Source: Aggregatilineales bacterium (lineage in GTDB: Bacteria > Chloroflexota > Anaerolineae > Aggregatilineales > J027). From it: 64,000 nt of DNA. Shown here piece after piece: positions 49,625 to 59,710 of this stretch. Where the stretch lies: the NCBI GenBank assembly GCA_965215855.1, contig CBDCER010000001.1, forward strand, positions 133,564 to 197,563. Direction: 5' to 3'. The position numbers and the translations under genes are program-made. The notes beneath the pieces are model-generated. The model ran no database searches, had not been told where the DNA came from, and saw nothing but the letters and a program-made list of their open reading frames with translations. The first letter of the stretch is position 1, and each line of letters begins with the position of its first letter.

Positions 49625-52399
49625 ATGTCTGTATGGCACACGCAATCAATAGCCGAAGTTCTGAAGGACTTACAGGTTGATTCGGACACAGGATTATCGG
49701 CAGAAGAAGTTCAGAAACGGATGGCGCAGTATGGCCCAAACCAACTGGCCGAAGCACCTCCCGTCAGTTTTTGGAAACGGTTAGCGGCCCAATTCAATAA
49801 CTTTGTGATTTATATTTTGCTGTTTGCTGCTGTTGTTTCATTTATTCTGAGCCTGACGGAGGATAAACCGCCCTATGAATCGGTGGCGATTATGGCAATC
49901 GTCATTCTTAATACGGCGTTGGGGGTTGTGCAGGAAGGCCGGGCCGAGCAAGCATTGGCGGCACTGAAGAAACTGGCGGCTCCCGATGCACGGGTTCTGC
50001 GTGGGGGACATACATTGGCAGTCACAGCATCCAAGATTGTGCCCGGTGACATTGTGCTGCTAGAGGCAGGTGATAATATACCAGCCGATTTGCGCTTGCT
50101 TGAAACGGCGAACCTGAGTATTGAAGAAGCATCGTTGACTGGCGAATCTGTGCCCGTGCAAAAGGATGCGACTGAGATTGCAGGCGAACATGCGGTGTTG
50201 GGAGACCGGCACAATATGGCGTATTCGAGTACAGTTGCGACCTATGGGCGTGGCAAGGCCGTCGTTGTGGCAACGGGGATGCAGACCGAGATTGGCAAGA
50301 TCGCCGAGCAGTTGCAATCCACCGAAATTGAGGAAACGCCATTGCAAGAGAGTCTCAATGAATTGGGGCGAATGCTGAGTATCGCGGCGTTGATTATTTG
50401 CGGCATTATTTTTGCTTTGGGGGCGGTTCAGGCGTTGCGGCATGGCGAGGAATTGATTGTTGCGCTGGAGGAAAGCTTCCTCATTGCGATTTCGTTGGCG
50501 ATTGCGGCTGTACCGGAGGGGTTGCCAGCGGTGGTGACAATTAATCTGGCGATTGGAATGCGTGAGATGATCCAACGCAATGCACTCATTCGACGTCTGC
50601 CAGCGGTGGAGACGTTGGGCAGTGCAACAGCGATTTGCTCCGATAAAACTGGTACGCTGACCCAAAATCAGATGACGGCGGTGCGATTAGTGGTCGCTGG
50701 ACAACGCCTGGATGTGACGGGCGAAGGCTATGGTGTAGAAGGTGATTTCCGACTGAATGGCGAGGTCAAGGACCCGCATGAGTGGTTACAGCTGGAACGA
50801 TTGTTGTTGGGTGGCTTGCTGGCGAGCGATGCACGGTTGGAAAAAGACGAGGAAGCGCCAACTGGCTACCGGATGGTGGGTGATCCGACTGAAGGAGCGA
50901 TGGTGGTGGCGGCGGCCAAAGCGGGCTACTGGCGCAAAGAGACTGAGCAGCAATATCCACGTGTGGCGGAAGTGCCCTTCGACTCGGCCCGCAAGCGCAT
51001 GAGCACCATCCACAAGTTGCCAGACGGGAACGGCTATTTGGCCTTTGTGAAGGGCGCACCCGATATTGTCATCGACCTGTGTGACACGTTGTATGAAAAT
51101 GGCGATTCGGTCCCCATTACGCCAGAACGTCGCCAGAATATTCTGGATGTTAATAGCGGGATGGCGAGTGAGGCGTTGCGGGTGTTGGCGGTGGCTCAAC
51201 GTCGGTTGGATAAGCTACCGGACGAGGTTGATTCAGAAACAGTAGAGCGTGATCTGGAGTTGGTGGGGTTGATTGCTTTGCGTGATCCAGCCCGGCCAGA
51301 AGTCAAGCCAGCGATTGAGCAGGCCCGCAGTGCCGGTATTCGTACTGTAATGGTGACAGGGGATTATCCGGATACTGCCAGAGCCATTGCTGAAGAGATT
51401 GGCTTGTTGCGTAAGGATGGGCGGGTAGTCAGTGGGGCTGAATTGGAACAGATGTCGGACGATGAGCTGGATACCATTTTGGCGGATGTTGATGCTTTTG
51501 CACGGGTTTCGCCCAGCCACAAAGTGCGGATCGTGGAAGCTTTCCGGCGCGATAGGCACGTGGTGGCGATGACGGGCGATGGTGTCAATGATGCACCTGC
51601 GCTCAAACGCTCTAGTATTGGCGTGGCAATGGGTATCACTGGCACGGATGTGAGTAAAGAAAGCGCCGATATGATCCTGACCGATGATAACTATGCCAGT
51701 ATTGTGTCGGCTGTGGAGCAGGGACGCATCATCTATGGCAATATCCGCAAGTTTGTCTACTTTTTGCTGAGTTGTAACTTGGCTGAAATTTCAGTGATTT
51801 TCCTGGCGACATTGTTTGATTGGGGAACGCCGCTGACGGCCATTCAATTGCTGTGGCTCAATCTGGTGACGGATGGTGCGCCTGCGTTGGCATTGGGTGT
51901 CGAGAAAGGCGACCCAGACATCATGGCGCATCCACCACGCGATCCCGATGAACCGATTATCAACGAGGACATGCAGATTGGCATGGTGATTCAGACGATA
52001 GTGATGACGGCTGTCACACTGATTGCCTATGCTTATGGCCGCGACAAAGGTGGTATCGAGTTAGGGCGTACTCTAGCGTTTATGACCCTGTCGGCGGCGC
52101 AGTTAACTCGTGCCTATAGTTCACGTTCGGAGCTGTTTACGATATTCCGCATTGGTGTGTTTAGCAATAAATATATGCAATGGGCAGTGTTGACGTCGTT
52201 GATTGGCTTGTTGCTGGTGGTGTATGTACCATTTTTGCAAACGATTTTCGAGACGGTGTCGATGACAGCAGAACATTGGGCTGTGGTGTTGCCATTGTTG
52301 TTGTTGCCGACGGTAGCGGCTGAGGCAACTAAGCCTTTCTTGCAGCGGCGTCATGCACAACGTGAGGCGGCAGCGATGGCGAGTTCTGAAGCTGTTTAA
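49625..52399 (+). CDS. P-type cation (Ca2+, P2A) transporting ATPase
   Basis: TGES, PEGL, CSDKTGT, KGAP, TGD, TGDGVNDAPAL, NLVTDG. Confidence 0.95.
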   Translation: MSVWHTQSIAEVLKDLQVDSDTGLSAEEVQKRMAQYGPNQLAEAPPVSFWKRLAAQFNNFVIYILLFAAVVSFILSLTEDKPPYESVAIMAIVILNTALGVVQEGRAEQALAALKKLAAPDARVLRGGHTLAVTASKIVPGDIVLLEAGDNIPADLRLLETANLSIEEASLTGESVPVQKDATEIAGEHAVLGDRHNMAYSSTVATYGRGKAVVVATGMQTEIGKIAEQLQSTEIEETPLQESLNELGRMLSIAALIICGIIFALGAVQALRHGEELIVALEESFLIAISLAIAAVPEGLPAVVTINLAIGMREMIQRNALIRRLPAVETLGSATAICSDKTGTLTQNQMTAVRLVVAGQRLDVTGEGYGVEGDFRLNGEVKDPHEWLQLERLLLGGLLASDARLEKDEEAPTGYRMVGDPTEGAMVVAAAKAGYWRKETEQQYPRVAEVPFDSARKRMSTIHKLPDGNGYLAFVKGAPDIVIDLCDTLYENGDSVPITPERRQNILDVNSGMASEALRVLAVAQRRLDKLPDEVDSETVERDLELVGLIALRDPARPEVKPAIEQARSAGIRTVMVTGDYPDTARAIAEEIGLLRKDGRVVSGAELEQMSDDELDTILADVDAFARVSPSHKVRIVEAFRRDRHVVAMTGDGVNDAPALKRSSIGVAMGITGTDVSKESADMILTDDNYASIVSAVEQGRIIYGNIRKFVYFLLSCNLAEISVIFLATLFDWGTPLTAIQLLWLNLVTDGAPALALGVEKGDPDIMAHPPRDPDEPIINEDMQIGMVIQTIVMTAVTLIAYAYGRDKGGIELGRTLAFMTLSAAQLTRAYSSRSELFTIFRIGVFSNKYMQWAVLTSLIGLLLVVYVPFLQTIFETVSMTAEHWAVVLPLLLLPTVAAEATKPFLQRRHAQREAAAMASSEAV

Positions 52400-52444
52400 C
52401 AGCTTGATTACATTTGTGTGCCAAACTCCAAGTATCAGTGCGAG

Positions 52445-52483
52445 GCTCGCCCGTCATGTCAAAAAATGAGGTGATGGGCGAGC
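52445..52483 (+). terminator. Intergenic hairpin, possible terminator or mRNA stabiliser
   Basis: GCTCGCCCGTCAT...GTGATGGGCGAGC; no U-tract. Confidence 0.35.
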
Positions 52484-52507
52484 GAACAGGTTCATGGAGA
52501 AACTGAA

Positions 52508-54058
52508 ATGAATAAGTTCCGGTTATTCATAATACTGGGGTTCTCATTGTTGCTGGTTGGGAGTCTGGGGCAACGGCATGACGCTGCGTATTCTCAAGAT
52601 GAGACTAATGAGGACTGCGTGGCGCTGGTGACGGAGGCTATGCGGATATTGGGGAGTGCGTGTGCTGAAGTGGGTAGCAATGAAGCCTGCTACGGGCATA
52701 CACTAGTATCCGCAACGTTTCGGGAAGAGAATGTGGAACGTCAGTTTTTGACCAGTGGCGATATTGTGTCGATTGAAGCCCTAGAGGCGCTGGTGACAGA
52801 TCCTTTGAATCTAGATACCGGTACGTGGGGCATTGCGTTGATGCGGTTGCAAGCTGATTTGCCAGATTCGTCGATGACCCTGATTTTGATGGGTGATACA
52901 CAGTTGACCAGTGCGGTTGACCCCAATATTGCCGCTTTGCCAACTTGTGCCGTCACGAATGACTCGGCACGGAATATGAATCTGCGAGCTGGACCGGGGC
53001 TTAACTGGGAAATCACGGGCGTTTTGCCAGCAGAGGAGACTTTGGTTGCCAATGGGCGTGATGAAGAGGGTGACTGGGTGCGCGTGGTGCGGAACGGCGC
53101 GTTTGGTTGGGTTTACACGCCACGCATGACTATAGATTGTGAGGTTGAGACGTTGGCGGTGGTGGATGAGACAGCCGAGACGAGTACCATCTATTCTCAA
53201 CCTATGCAGGCGTTTACGCTGCAAAGCGGCACTGAGAGCATGTGTCAGGAAGCTCCGAATGCATTGCTGGTCGAGTCACCTTCTGGACAACGGGCGCATA
53301 TTATGGTCAATGGAGTCGAGTTGGAGTTTGCCAGCGCTGGTATTCTGACGGCTGATCTCAATGGCGATTTGGTCATCGCCGGGCTGGAAGGCAAAATTCA
53401 GGTGACAGCTCTCGGACATACATTCTTGGTAGAGCCTGGGTTGCAAACACTTGTACGGCTGCAAAATGGGCTACCCATTGATATTCCCGAAGTACCGCAT
53501 CCCATTATCAACTCTGCATTAGAGGGGATCCCACGTGACGTGTTGGAGGATGGGTTAGGGGATATTCTCGATATTGATGTTGGTACGATTATTGACATAC
53601 CGCGACTGGACGAAATACCCTCGATCCGGCCAGGTGATGGTGATACAGATACCCCGATAGATGGCGTTGACATACCCTCTATTGATCCGATTCCAGGCGG
53701 CGACGGCGGTGATATTGGTGTGCCGCCGGATGGCACGCTGAATCCGACCTGTGCGGTGGGGTCCAGAGTGTCGGGAGTCTATACTGCCGTGAATCTATCG
53801 GCATCGTCGGAGACATTTGTGTTGCGACTATCCGACGGGATTCGATATGTCAGCCCTGGAACGATGATTACAGTTCGGTCCGGGGAAACTGTTGCCGATA
53901 CGGTGTCGCTGGCGATTACCGAACCTGTATCATCAGAGGCGACGGCGGTCAGTGTGGAAGTGACGGATGTCAGTCCGAATGTGACAGTGGTTGTGTCGGG
54001 TGAGGTGAATTGTGGAGTGGATGATAGTGATCCAGATGGATTGCCTACCAGTGATTAA
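52508..54058 (+). CDS. Secreted Cys-containing SH3-domain protein
   Basis: Signal peptide; C...C...NEACYGH; MNLRAGPG...GRDEEGDWVRV...GWV; acidic D/I/P/G-rich linker. Confidence 0.7.
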   Translation: MNKFRLFIILGFSLLLVGSLGQRHDAAYSQDETNEDCVALVTEAMRILGSACAEVGSNEACYGHTLVSATFREENVERQFLTSGDIVSIEALEALVTDPLNLDTGTWGIALMRLQADLPDSSMTLILMGDTQLTSAVDPNIAALPTCAVTNDSARNMNLRAGPGLNWEITGVLPAEETLVANGRDEEGDWVRVVRNGAFGWVYTPRMTIDCEVETLAVVDETAETSTIYSQPMQAFTLQSGTESMCQEAPNALLVESPSGQRAHIMVNGVELEFASAGILTADLNGDLVIAGLEGKIQVTALGHTFLVEPGLQTLVRLQNGLPIDIPEVPHPIINSALEGIPRDVLEDGLGDILDIDVGTIIDIPRLDEIPSIRPGDGDTDTPIDGVDIPSIDPIPGGDGGDIGVPPDGTLNPTCAVGSRVSGVYTAVNLSASSETFVLRLSDGIRYVSPGTMITVRSGETVADTVSLAITEPVSSEATAVSVEVTDVSPNVTVVVSGEVNCGVDDSDPDGLPTSD

Positions 54059-54158
54059 CCCATGTGGCATCTAGCTATTGCTTTTTCCGATGTGTCCTTT
54101 CTACGAGTCGCATGGGTATACCATTTGTGTTGAGTAACAGAGTATAGGAAACAGATAC

Positions 54159-57100
54159 ATGGCTGAAGATAGGATAATTGCCAGCTTCGATGATCCCCTG
54201 GTGCAACGTAAACTTGGCGATTACTTCATAGAGGCACGGATCGGGAGAGGTGGTATGGCGACCGTGTATCGGGCCATTCGTGACGTAGATGAGGCTGTTG
54301 TTGCGGTGAAGGTAATTTCGTCACAGTTCGTGCAATCGGAAGAATTTCTGCGGCGTTTCAAACGCGAATCTCGGCTGATGGCGGCACTCGACCACCCGCA
54401 TATTTTACCGGTATACGATTTTGGTACGATTGGCGACGTGACCTATTTGGTGATGCGGCTCCTTCATGGGGGAGCGTTGAACGAGCACTTGCGCCGGGGG
54501 CCGCTAGAAGCTCAATCAGCGGTCGAAATCATTGAGCAAGTCTGTGAGGCGTTGGATTATGCACATAATCAGGGGGTGATTCATCGTGACCTCAAGCCTG
54601 CGAATTTGTTGCGAGACCGCGATGGCGTGGTCTACCTGACCGACTTTGGCATTGCCAAATGGAAAGATGAGACGATTGGCCTGACATCCACTGGATCGTT
54701 GGTGGGGACACCGGGCTATATGGCCCCTGAGCAATGGCGCACTGAACCTGTAGATGTGCGAACGGATATTTATGCGCTGGGCGTGATGACTTTTGAGATG
54801 CTGACGGGGGAGATGCCATTTACAGCGCAAACGCCATTTAGCCTGATGTATAAACACCTGGATGAACCGCCACCGCTGGCCTCGGCACATGACTTCAGTT
54901 TGCCGCCGGGCGTCGATTTTGTTTTGGAACGAGCGCTGGCGAAATTACCAGAGTTGCGCTATCAGTCCGCCGGGGCATTTGCGGTATCGTTGCGGGAAGC
55001 ATTTTTTGGCGACGCCCTGGATCAAGCCACGCTTGCTCAAACATTGGCGGAACCTGTCGATGATATGATGACTTCAGCCTTGCCGTCGGCAGTGGGGACC
55101 TACGACTCCATTGATCGAGGGGCACGAACCATCCTGTCGCGGGCACGTGAGACAGCACGTGAGACGATGGGTGGTATGGCAATGTTGGCCGGGGCCGTCG
55201 TTGAATATGTCCAGCGATTGCGCGAACAGGCCAAATATGCCCCAGGTGTAGAAGAAGGGCCGTATAAGGCACTCGAATCGTATGACATTGATGATAATCG
55301 GTTGTTCTTCGGGCGCGAAGAAGCGATTGATGCCATGCTAGAACGAGCGCCCTTCGCTCGATTCACTGTGTTACATGCTGAAAGTGGAGCTGGTAAAACA
55401 TCGCTGATCCGGGCGGGGTTGATGCCGCGTTTGTTAGCGGGTGGCTTCTTGCCCCTATATGTGGCTGTACGACGTCGGCCACCGCACGAAGCAATTAAGC
55501 GAGTGTTACTTCCTGATCCGAGCAAACTCCCTGGGCTGGAGGGGGCATCGCTCCGTACCTATTTGAAGGGTGTGTCGCAGACCGTTGGCCCGAAGCGGGA
55601 AATTTTCATCTTCGTTGATCAATTTGAGACATTCTTCACCGATGTTTTTACAGATGAGCAACGCGCCGAATTCATCAGTGAAATTGCCGAGTGCCTGGAC
55701 GATTCGAGTTTGGAAGTGCGCGTCACGCTGGCGATGCGGACGGAGTATTTCGGATTAGTGGCGCGTTTCCAGCCAGCAATTGAGCAACCGTTTGAAAAGG
55801 AACTCTTGCTACGCCGCCTGACTCGTGATGAGGCGGAACGGGCATTGGTGATGCCAGCGGAAGTACAAGGCTATAGCTTTGCAGAGGGGCTGGTGGGGAC
55901 GATTTTGGATGACCTGGCCGACGATAGTGGAGCAGTTGCACCACCTCAGTTGCAGTTGGTGGGTACGGCTTTGGTCGAGCGTGTGCCAGGAGAGCGTCGT
56001 GACATTACGTCGGAGGATTATGAGAAGGCGGGCGGCGCTAAGGGGGTGTTGCGGAGTTATCTTGAGCGTCTGTTGGAGCGACTGCCTGCCCAGGATCGGC
56101 GTCCAGCGCGAGTGGTTATTGAGGGTTTGGTGCGTGCTGATCAGACGCGGGATGTTCGTACACCGTCCAGTTTGAGGGCTGAACTGGAAGCTCTGCGGGT
56201 GCCGACGAGTAGGCTGGAAGAAACCCTGAGTACATTGCGCGAGAATCATGTGCTGCGCTTGGTGGAGACAGATGAGGGGGCGGCCTATGAATTGGTGCAT
56301 GATTATTTGGCGTTGCAGGTGCAGCTTGATCCTGAAACAGCGGCTCGCAAGGCTGCCCAAGAATTGCTGGAACGACGGGTGCGCGATTATGAACAGTATG
56401 GATCGCTGTTGACCCGCGAAGAATTAGACGTGCTTCAAGCACAAGAGGATTGGCTACGGCTGGGTAATGAGTCGCAGGCGCTTATCAACCAGTCGGCTGG
56501 GGTTTTTCGTCGCCAGCGCCGTCTGGCCCTGGTATTGACGGTGGCGGCAGTGTTGGGTTTGGTGGGGATATTGGCGATTGGGTTGTTGGCAGCTGTGCGC
56601 GAAAGTCAGAACCGGCAAGACCGGTTGGAAGCAGCGCAAACCGCCGAGGCTCGTATTGCTACTGAGCGCGATGCCGGGTTAGTAACAGAGTCGCGGCGAC
56701 TGGCTAATTTGGTGTTGGAGCAAATTGATCTGGATTCAATGGCCGCGCTAAACCTGAGCTTGGAAGCCTTTGATCCACGCGAAAGGCCGTATGTGCCGGA
56801 AGCTGAATTCGCTTTGAGTCAGTCAATACAGCGGATCAATGAGCGAGTGTATATGCCGAGTGAGCAGCGTGTGTTGGGTGCGACCTGGAACACAGATGAG
56901 ACACGGGTGTTGACCTGGAGTAATGATGACACGGCGCGTATTTTTGATGCAGTGACCGGTGAGGAACTGGTGTTGATGGCCGGGCAGAGTGGCGATGCAT
57001 TGGTCGCAGCGTGGTCACCCGATGAAATGCAAGTGTTGGTCGGTGATCTGAACGGAAATCTTTATGTATACAATGCCGAAAGTGGCGATCTGATATTAAC

Positions 57101-59174
57101 CATAGAAGGGGCACATAGCGCTAGTATTCGCGGTGTGGCCTGGGATGCAGCGGGCGGGCGGATTCTGGCTTGGTCTGATAGAGATACAAGCCTGTGGGAT
57201 AGTTCGGGAGAGCGTATCGCGCAATGGGCAGGCAATGAGGCGGCCTGGAGTCCTAATGAAGCGCGGGTGTTGACGATTGAGGCAGTGGATCGGCTCACCC
57301 ATCTTATTCATGTTTGGGATGCAGAAACAGGGGAATTAGTCGTTGATTTGAGGGAACATGTCAACAGAATACGTGGAGCGGCCTGGAGCCAAGATGGATC
57401 GCAAATTCTATCGTGGAGTGCAGACGCTACAGCACGCGTCTGGAACAGTGTGACGGGCGAAGCAATTTTGGTGCTGGAGCGTGTTGATTTGTTGGCGGAA
57501 GATACGGATGCGACATCAGAGGACGATGCGGAGACGGATGATAAAGACATCAATATCGCGGTTTGGTCGCCTGATGAGCGATATATTGCCGCCGGTAGTC
57601 TTGATGGCTGGGTTATTGTTTGGGATGCACTATCGGGAGAGAGGCTTTGGAGTCTTCAGCCTGATGACGAAGATCCGGCAGATGGTATTGTCGATGGTAT
57701 AGTCTGGAGTGCTGATGCCTCACGGTTTCTGACATACGGAAAACCGGATGGACTGGGGATTTGGAAAGCGGAAGATGGGACGCGTCTGATGCCGCAGGTA
57801 GATGGCTTTGATGACTCGGATACGATCTGGGAGGCGGCCTGGAGTCCAGACGAAACTTATATTCTGACACGGAGCAAGGAAGGATGGGCACGTGTTTGGG
57901 ATGCGGTCAATGGTGATGAACTCATGCGGTTTCCAGGACATGGCGGCCAGTTGACCAGCATGGCCTGGAGTACCGATGGCACTCGTGTATTGACCAGTGG
58001 GCCGGATGGATCGGCACGAATCTGGGCGCTGCTTGATGATGGTATCTTGGTGGGTACAGGTGAAGTGCAACGGCTGATGGGATCAGGTGGGAATGTGCTT
58101 GAAGCCTATTGGAATGCTGATGAGACTCTGGTAGCGGCATCTTATGAAGGTGGCACGGTGCGTGTCTGGGATGCGGCCAGGGGTGATGAAGTTTGGGCAG
58201 AAACTGTTCATACTGGTGGGGTTGAGATTCTGCTGTGGAGTCCCAACCAGACCCGTTTGTTATCGGGTGGCGATGATGGCCGTGTGATCATTTGGGATGT
58301 GACAACGGGGGAACAATTGGCAACGATGGCGCATCAGGGTTCGGTAACAGCGGCGGCTTGGGATGGTGATAGCGGCCGTGTGGCGAGTGGCAGTAGTGAT
58401 GGCAAGTTGCGGGTCTGGGATTCTGAAACTGGCAGCCTGATTCAGGAATGGGTGATGGGTGATCCCAATATCGATGTGTCACAGGTAAAGTGGAATCGAA
58501 CTGGGACACAAGTATTGGCAACGAACGACGGCGCCTATCTCTGGATTGTGGATGTGGAATCGGGTGAACTTGCGTTAGAGATTGTTGTCGATACAGCAAC
58601 TTCAATAGCAGCCATCTGGAATGCAGATGAGACGCAAATTCTGGTATTTGGCACAGAACTTTTCGGTTCCATTGCACGCGTGTATGATGCCAACAACGGT
58701 GATGAACTGTTCCGAATGGATGGGCATGGCCTATGGGTGGTTAGCGCCAGTTGGAGTCCGGATGGCACGCGCATCTTGACCACTAGTCATGATACCACCG
58801 CGAAAATCTGGGATGCGATGACGGGCGAGATCCTCATGACGCTGGAGGGGCATGAGGAGAATGTCACTGAAGGAGTATGGAGTAGCGATGGTAGTCGAGT
58901 GCTGACGCGCAGCACGGATGGAACAGTCCGCGTCTGGGATTTGACGGATGGTGTTGAAGTGCTGCTAATTGACGGTCATTTGCTGAAAGTCAATTCAGTG
59001 GTCTGGAATGCTGATGAAACGTTGATCCTAACGTCTAGTAATGATGGTTCGGTCCGGGTTTGGCGCTCCTGGCCGAGCCTCGATGGATTGTTGGACTATG
59101 CTGAGACGCTGGTCACCCACCCACTGAGCGCAGAGCAACGAGAGGCGTTCTTTCTGCCGCCAGCTACTCCATAA
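54159..59174 (+). CDS. Ser/Thr kinase - STAND (nSTAND1-like) - TM - WD40 protein, 1671 aa
   Basis: GRGGMA, HRDLKPAN, DFG; PYKAL, FFGRE, AESGAGKTS, VDQFE, YELVHD; one TM; many WSPD/WNAD WD40 repeats. Confidence 0.92.
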   Translation: MAEDRIIASFDDPLVQRKLGDYFIEARIGRGGMATVYRAIRDVDEAVVAVKVISSQFVQSEEFLRRFKRESRLMAALDHPHILPVYDFGTIGDVTYLVMRLLHGGALNEHLRRGPLEAQSAVEIIEQVCEALDYAHNQGVIHRDLKPANLLRDRDGVVYLTDFGIAKWKDETIGLTSTGSLVGTPGYMAPEQWRTEPVDVRTDIYALGVMTFEMLTGEMPFTAQTPFSLMYKHLDEPPPLASAHDFSLPPGVDFVLERALAKLPELRYQSAGAFAVSLREAFFGDALDQATLAQTLAEPVDDMMTSALPSAVGTYDSIDRGARTILSRARETARETMGGMAMLAGAVVEYVQRLREQAKYAPGVEEGPYKALESYDIDDNRLFFGREEAIDAMLERAPFARFTVLHAESGAGKTSLIRAGLMPRLLAGGFLPLYVAVRRRPPHEAIKRVLLPDPSKLPGLEGASLRTYLKGVSQTVGPKREIFIFVDQFETFFTDVFTDEQRAEFISEIAECLDDSSLEVRVTLAMRTEYFGLVARFQPAIEQPFEKELLLRRLTRDEAERALVMPAEVQGYSFAEGLVGTILDDLADDSGAVAPPQLQLVGTALVERVPGERRDITSEDYEKAGGAKGVLRSYLERLLERLPAQDRRPARVVIEGLVRADQTRDVRTPSSLRAELEALRVPTSRLEETLSTLRENHVLRLVETDEGAAYELVHDYLALQVQLDPETAARKAAQELLERRVRDYEQYGSLLTREELDVLQAQEDWLRLGNESQALINQSAGVFRRQRRLALVLTVAAVLGLVGILAIGLLAAVRESQNRQDRLEAAQTAEARIATERDAGLVTESRRLANLVLEQIDLDSMAALNLSLEAFDPRERPYVPEAEFALSQSIQRINERVYMPSEQRVLGATWNTDETRVLTWSNDDTARIFDAVTGEELVLMAGQSGDALVAAWSPDEMQVLVGDLNGNLYVYNAESGDLILTIEGAHSASIRGVAWDAAGGRILAWSDRDTSLWDSSGERIAQWAGNEAAWSPNEARVLTIEAVDRLTHLIHVWDAETGELVVDLREHVNRIRGAAWSQDGSQILSWSADATARVWNSVTGEAILVLERVDLLAEDTDATSEDDAETDDKDINIAVWSPDERYIAAGSLDGWVIVWDALSGERLWSLQPDDEDPADGIVDGIVWSADASRFLTYGKPDGLGIWKAEDGTRLMPQVDGFDDSDTIWEAAWSPDETYILTRSKEGWARVWDAVNGDELMRFPGHGGQLTSMAWSTDGTRVLTSGPDGSARIWALLDDGILVGTGEVQRLMGSGGNVLEAYWNADETLVAASYEGGTVRVWDAARGDEVWAETVHTGGVEILLWSPNQTRLLSGGDDGRVIIWDVTTGEQLATMAHQGSVTAAAWDGDSGRVASGSSDGKLRVWDSETGSLIQEWVMGDPNIDVSQVKWNRTGTQVLATNDGAYLWIVDVESGELALEIVVDTATSIAAIWNADETQILVFGTELFGSIARVYDANNGDELFRMDGHGLWVVSASWSPDGTRILTTSHDTTAKIWDAMTGEILMTLEGHEENVTEGVWSSDGSRVLTRSTDGTVRVWDLTDGVEVLLIDGHLLKVNSVVWNADETLILTSSNDGSVRVWRSWPSLDGLLDYAETLVTHPLSAEQREAFFLPPATP

Positions 59175-59633
59175 CGTCAGCGATGTGGTGATTGCTACAC
59201 AGCCACCGATGGTGCGGGCTACCGGGCAGAAATCGGCATGGAATCCATGCACCCGTTCGGCAATCTCGCGATATTCGGAGGCTGTTTTCAATTCATAAGT
59301 GACATTGATGCGTTTGATGACGAGGACTTTGCCATCAAGTTCGATTTCACCCTGTACTGAAGCGACCAGATAACCTTCTCCTGCTGGGACCCCACGCGCT
59401 TCCAGCGCGCCGCCAAATGTGCCAGTCAGTCAGCCACCTGTCGCGGCGACCACGTAATCGAGCGTGGTGGCGTGGGGATCGTGAACGTTGGGGTCAACAT
59501 GATAATGTTCCGCGATTTCAGAGTGGACACCGAATGCGACAGGCGAGTCTTCGGCAGGGAGATAGGCATGGCGGAAGGGGCCTTTGATGCGTTTAATGCG
59601 GATATTGGATGTGTAGACGACGTCGTCGCTCAT
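59028..59633 (-). CDS. OsmC-family peroxiredoxin-like protein with in-frame TGA (probable selenocysteine)
   Basis: ...DYVVAATGG-TGA(59432-59430)-LTGTFGGALEARG...HADFCPVARTI; the TGA sits where OsmC has its first Cys; same frame as ORF 59028-59291. The 3' end is uncertain. Confidence 0.8.
59394..59429 (-). promoter_or_regulatory. Candidate bacterial SECIS element
   Basis: GCGCGCT-GGA-AGCGCGT stem-loop; the loop starts with G, 26 nt 3' of the UGA. Confidence 0.6.
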
Positions 59634-59710
59634 AGCAGACCTCTTTGATATGCGATGATTTCAAGTAGTATACTATTCGATAAGGATTCTTAAAAATGAG
59701 GACGATTTGG

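Noticed and set aside
59430-59432. Genome-wide UGA reassignment (genetic code 4 or 25)
   Set aside because: Many genes here end normally at TGA (for example asd, thiolase and the aldo/keto reductase), so any recoding is site-specific.
59644-59656. TTTGATATGCGAT resembling the MITE end
   Set aside because: Lacks the terminal TGCCCTA, a partner IR and a TSD; probably chance.
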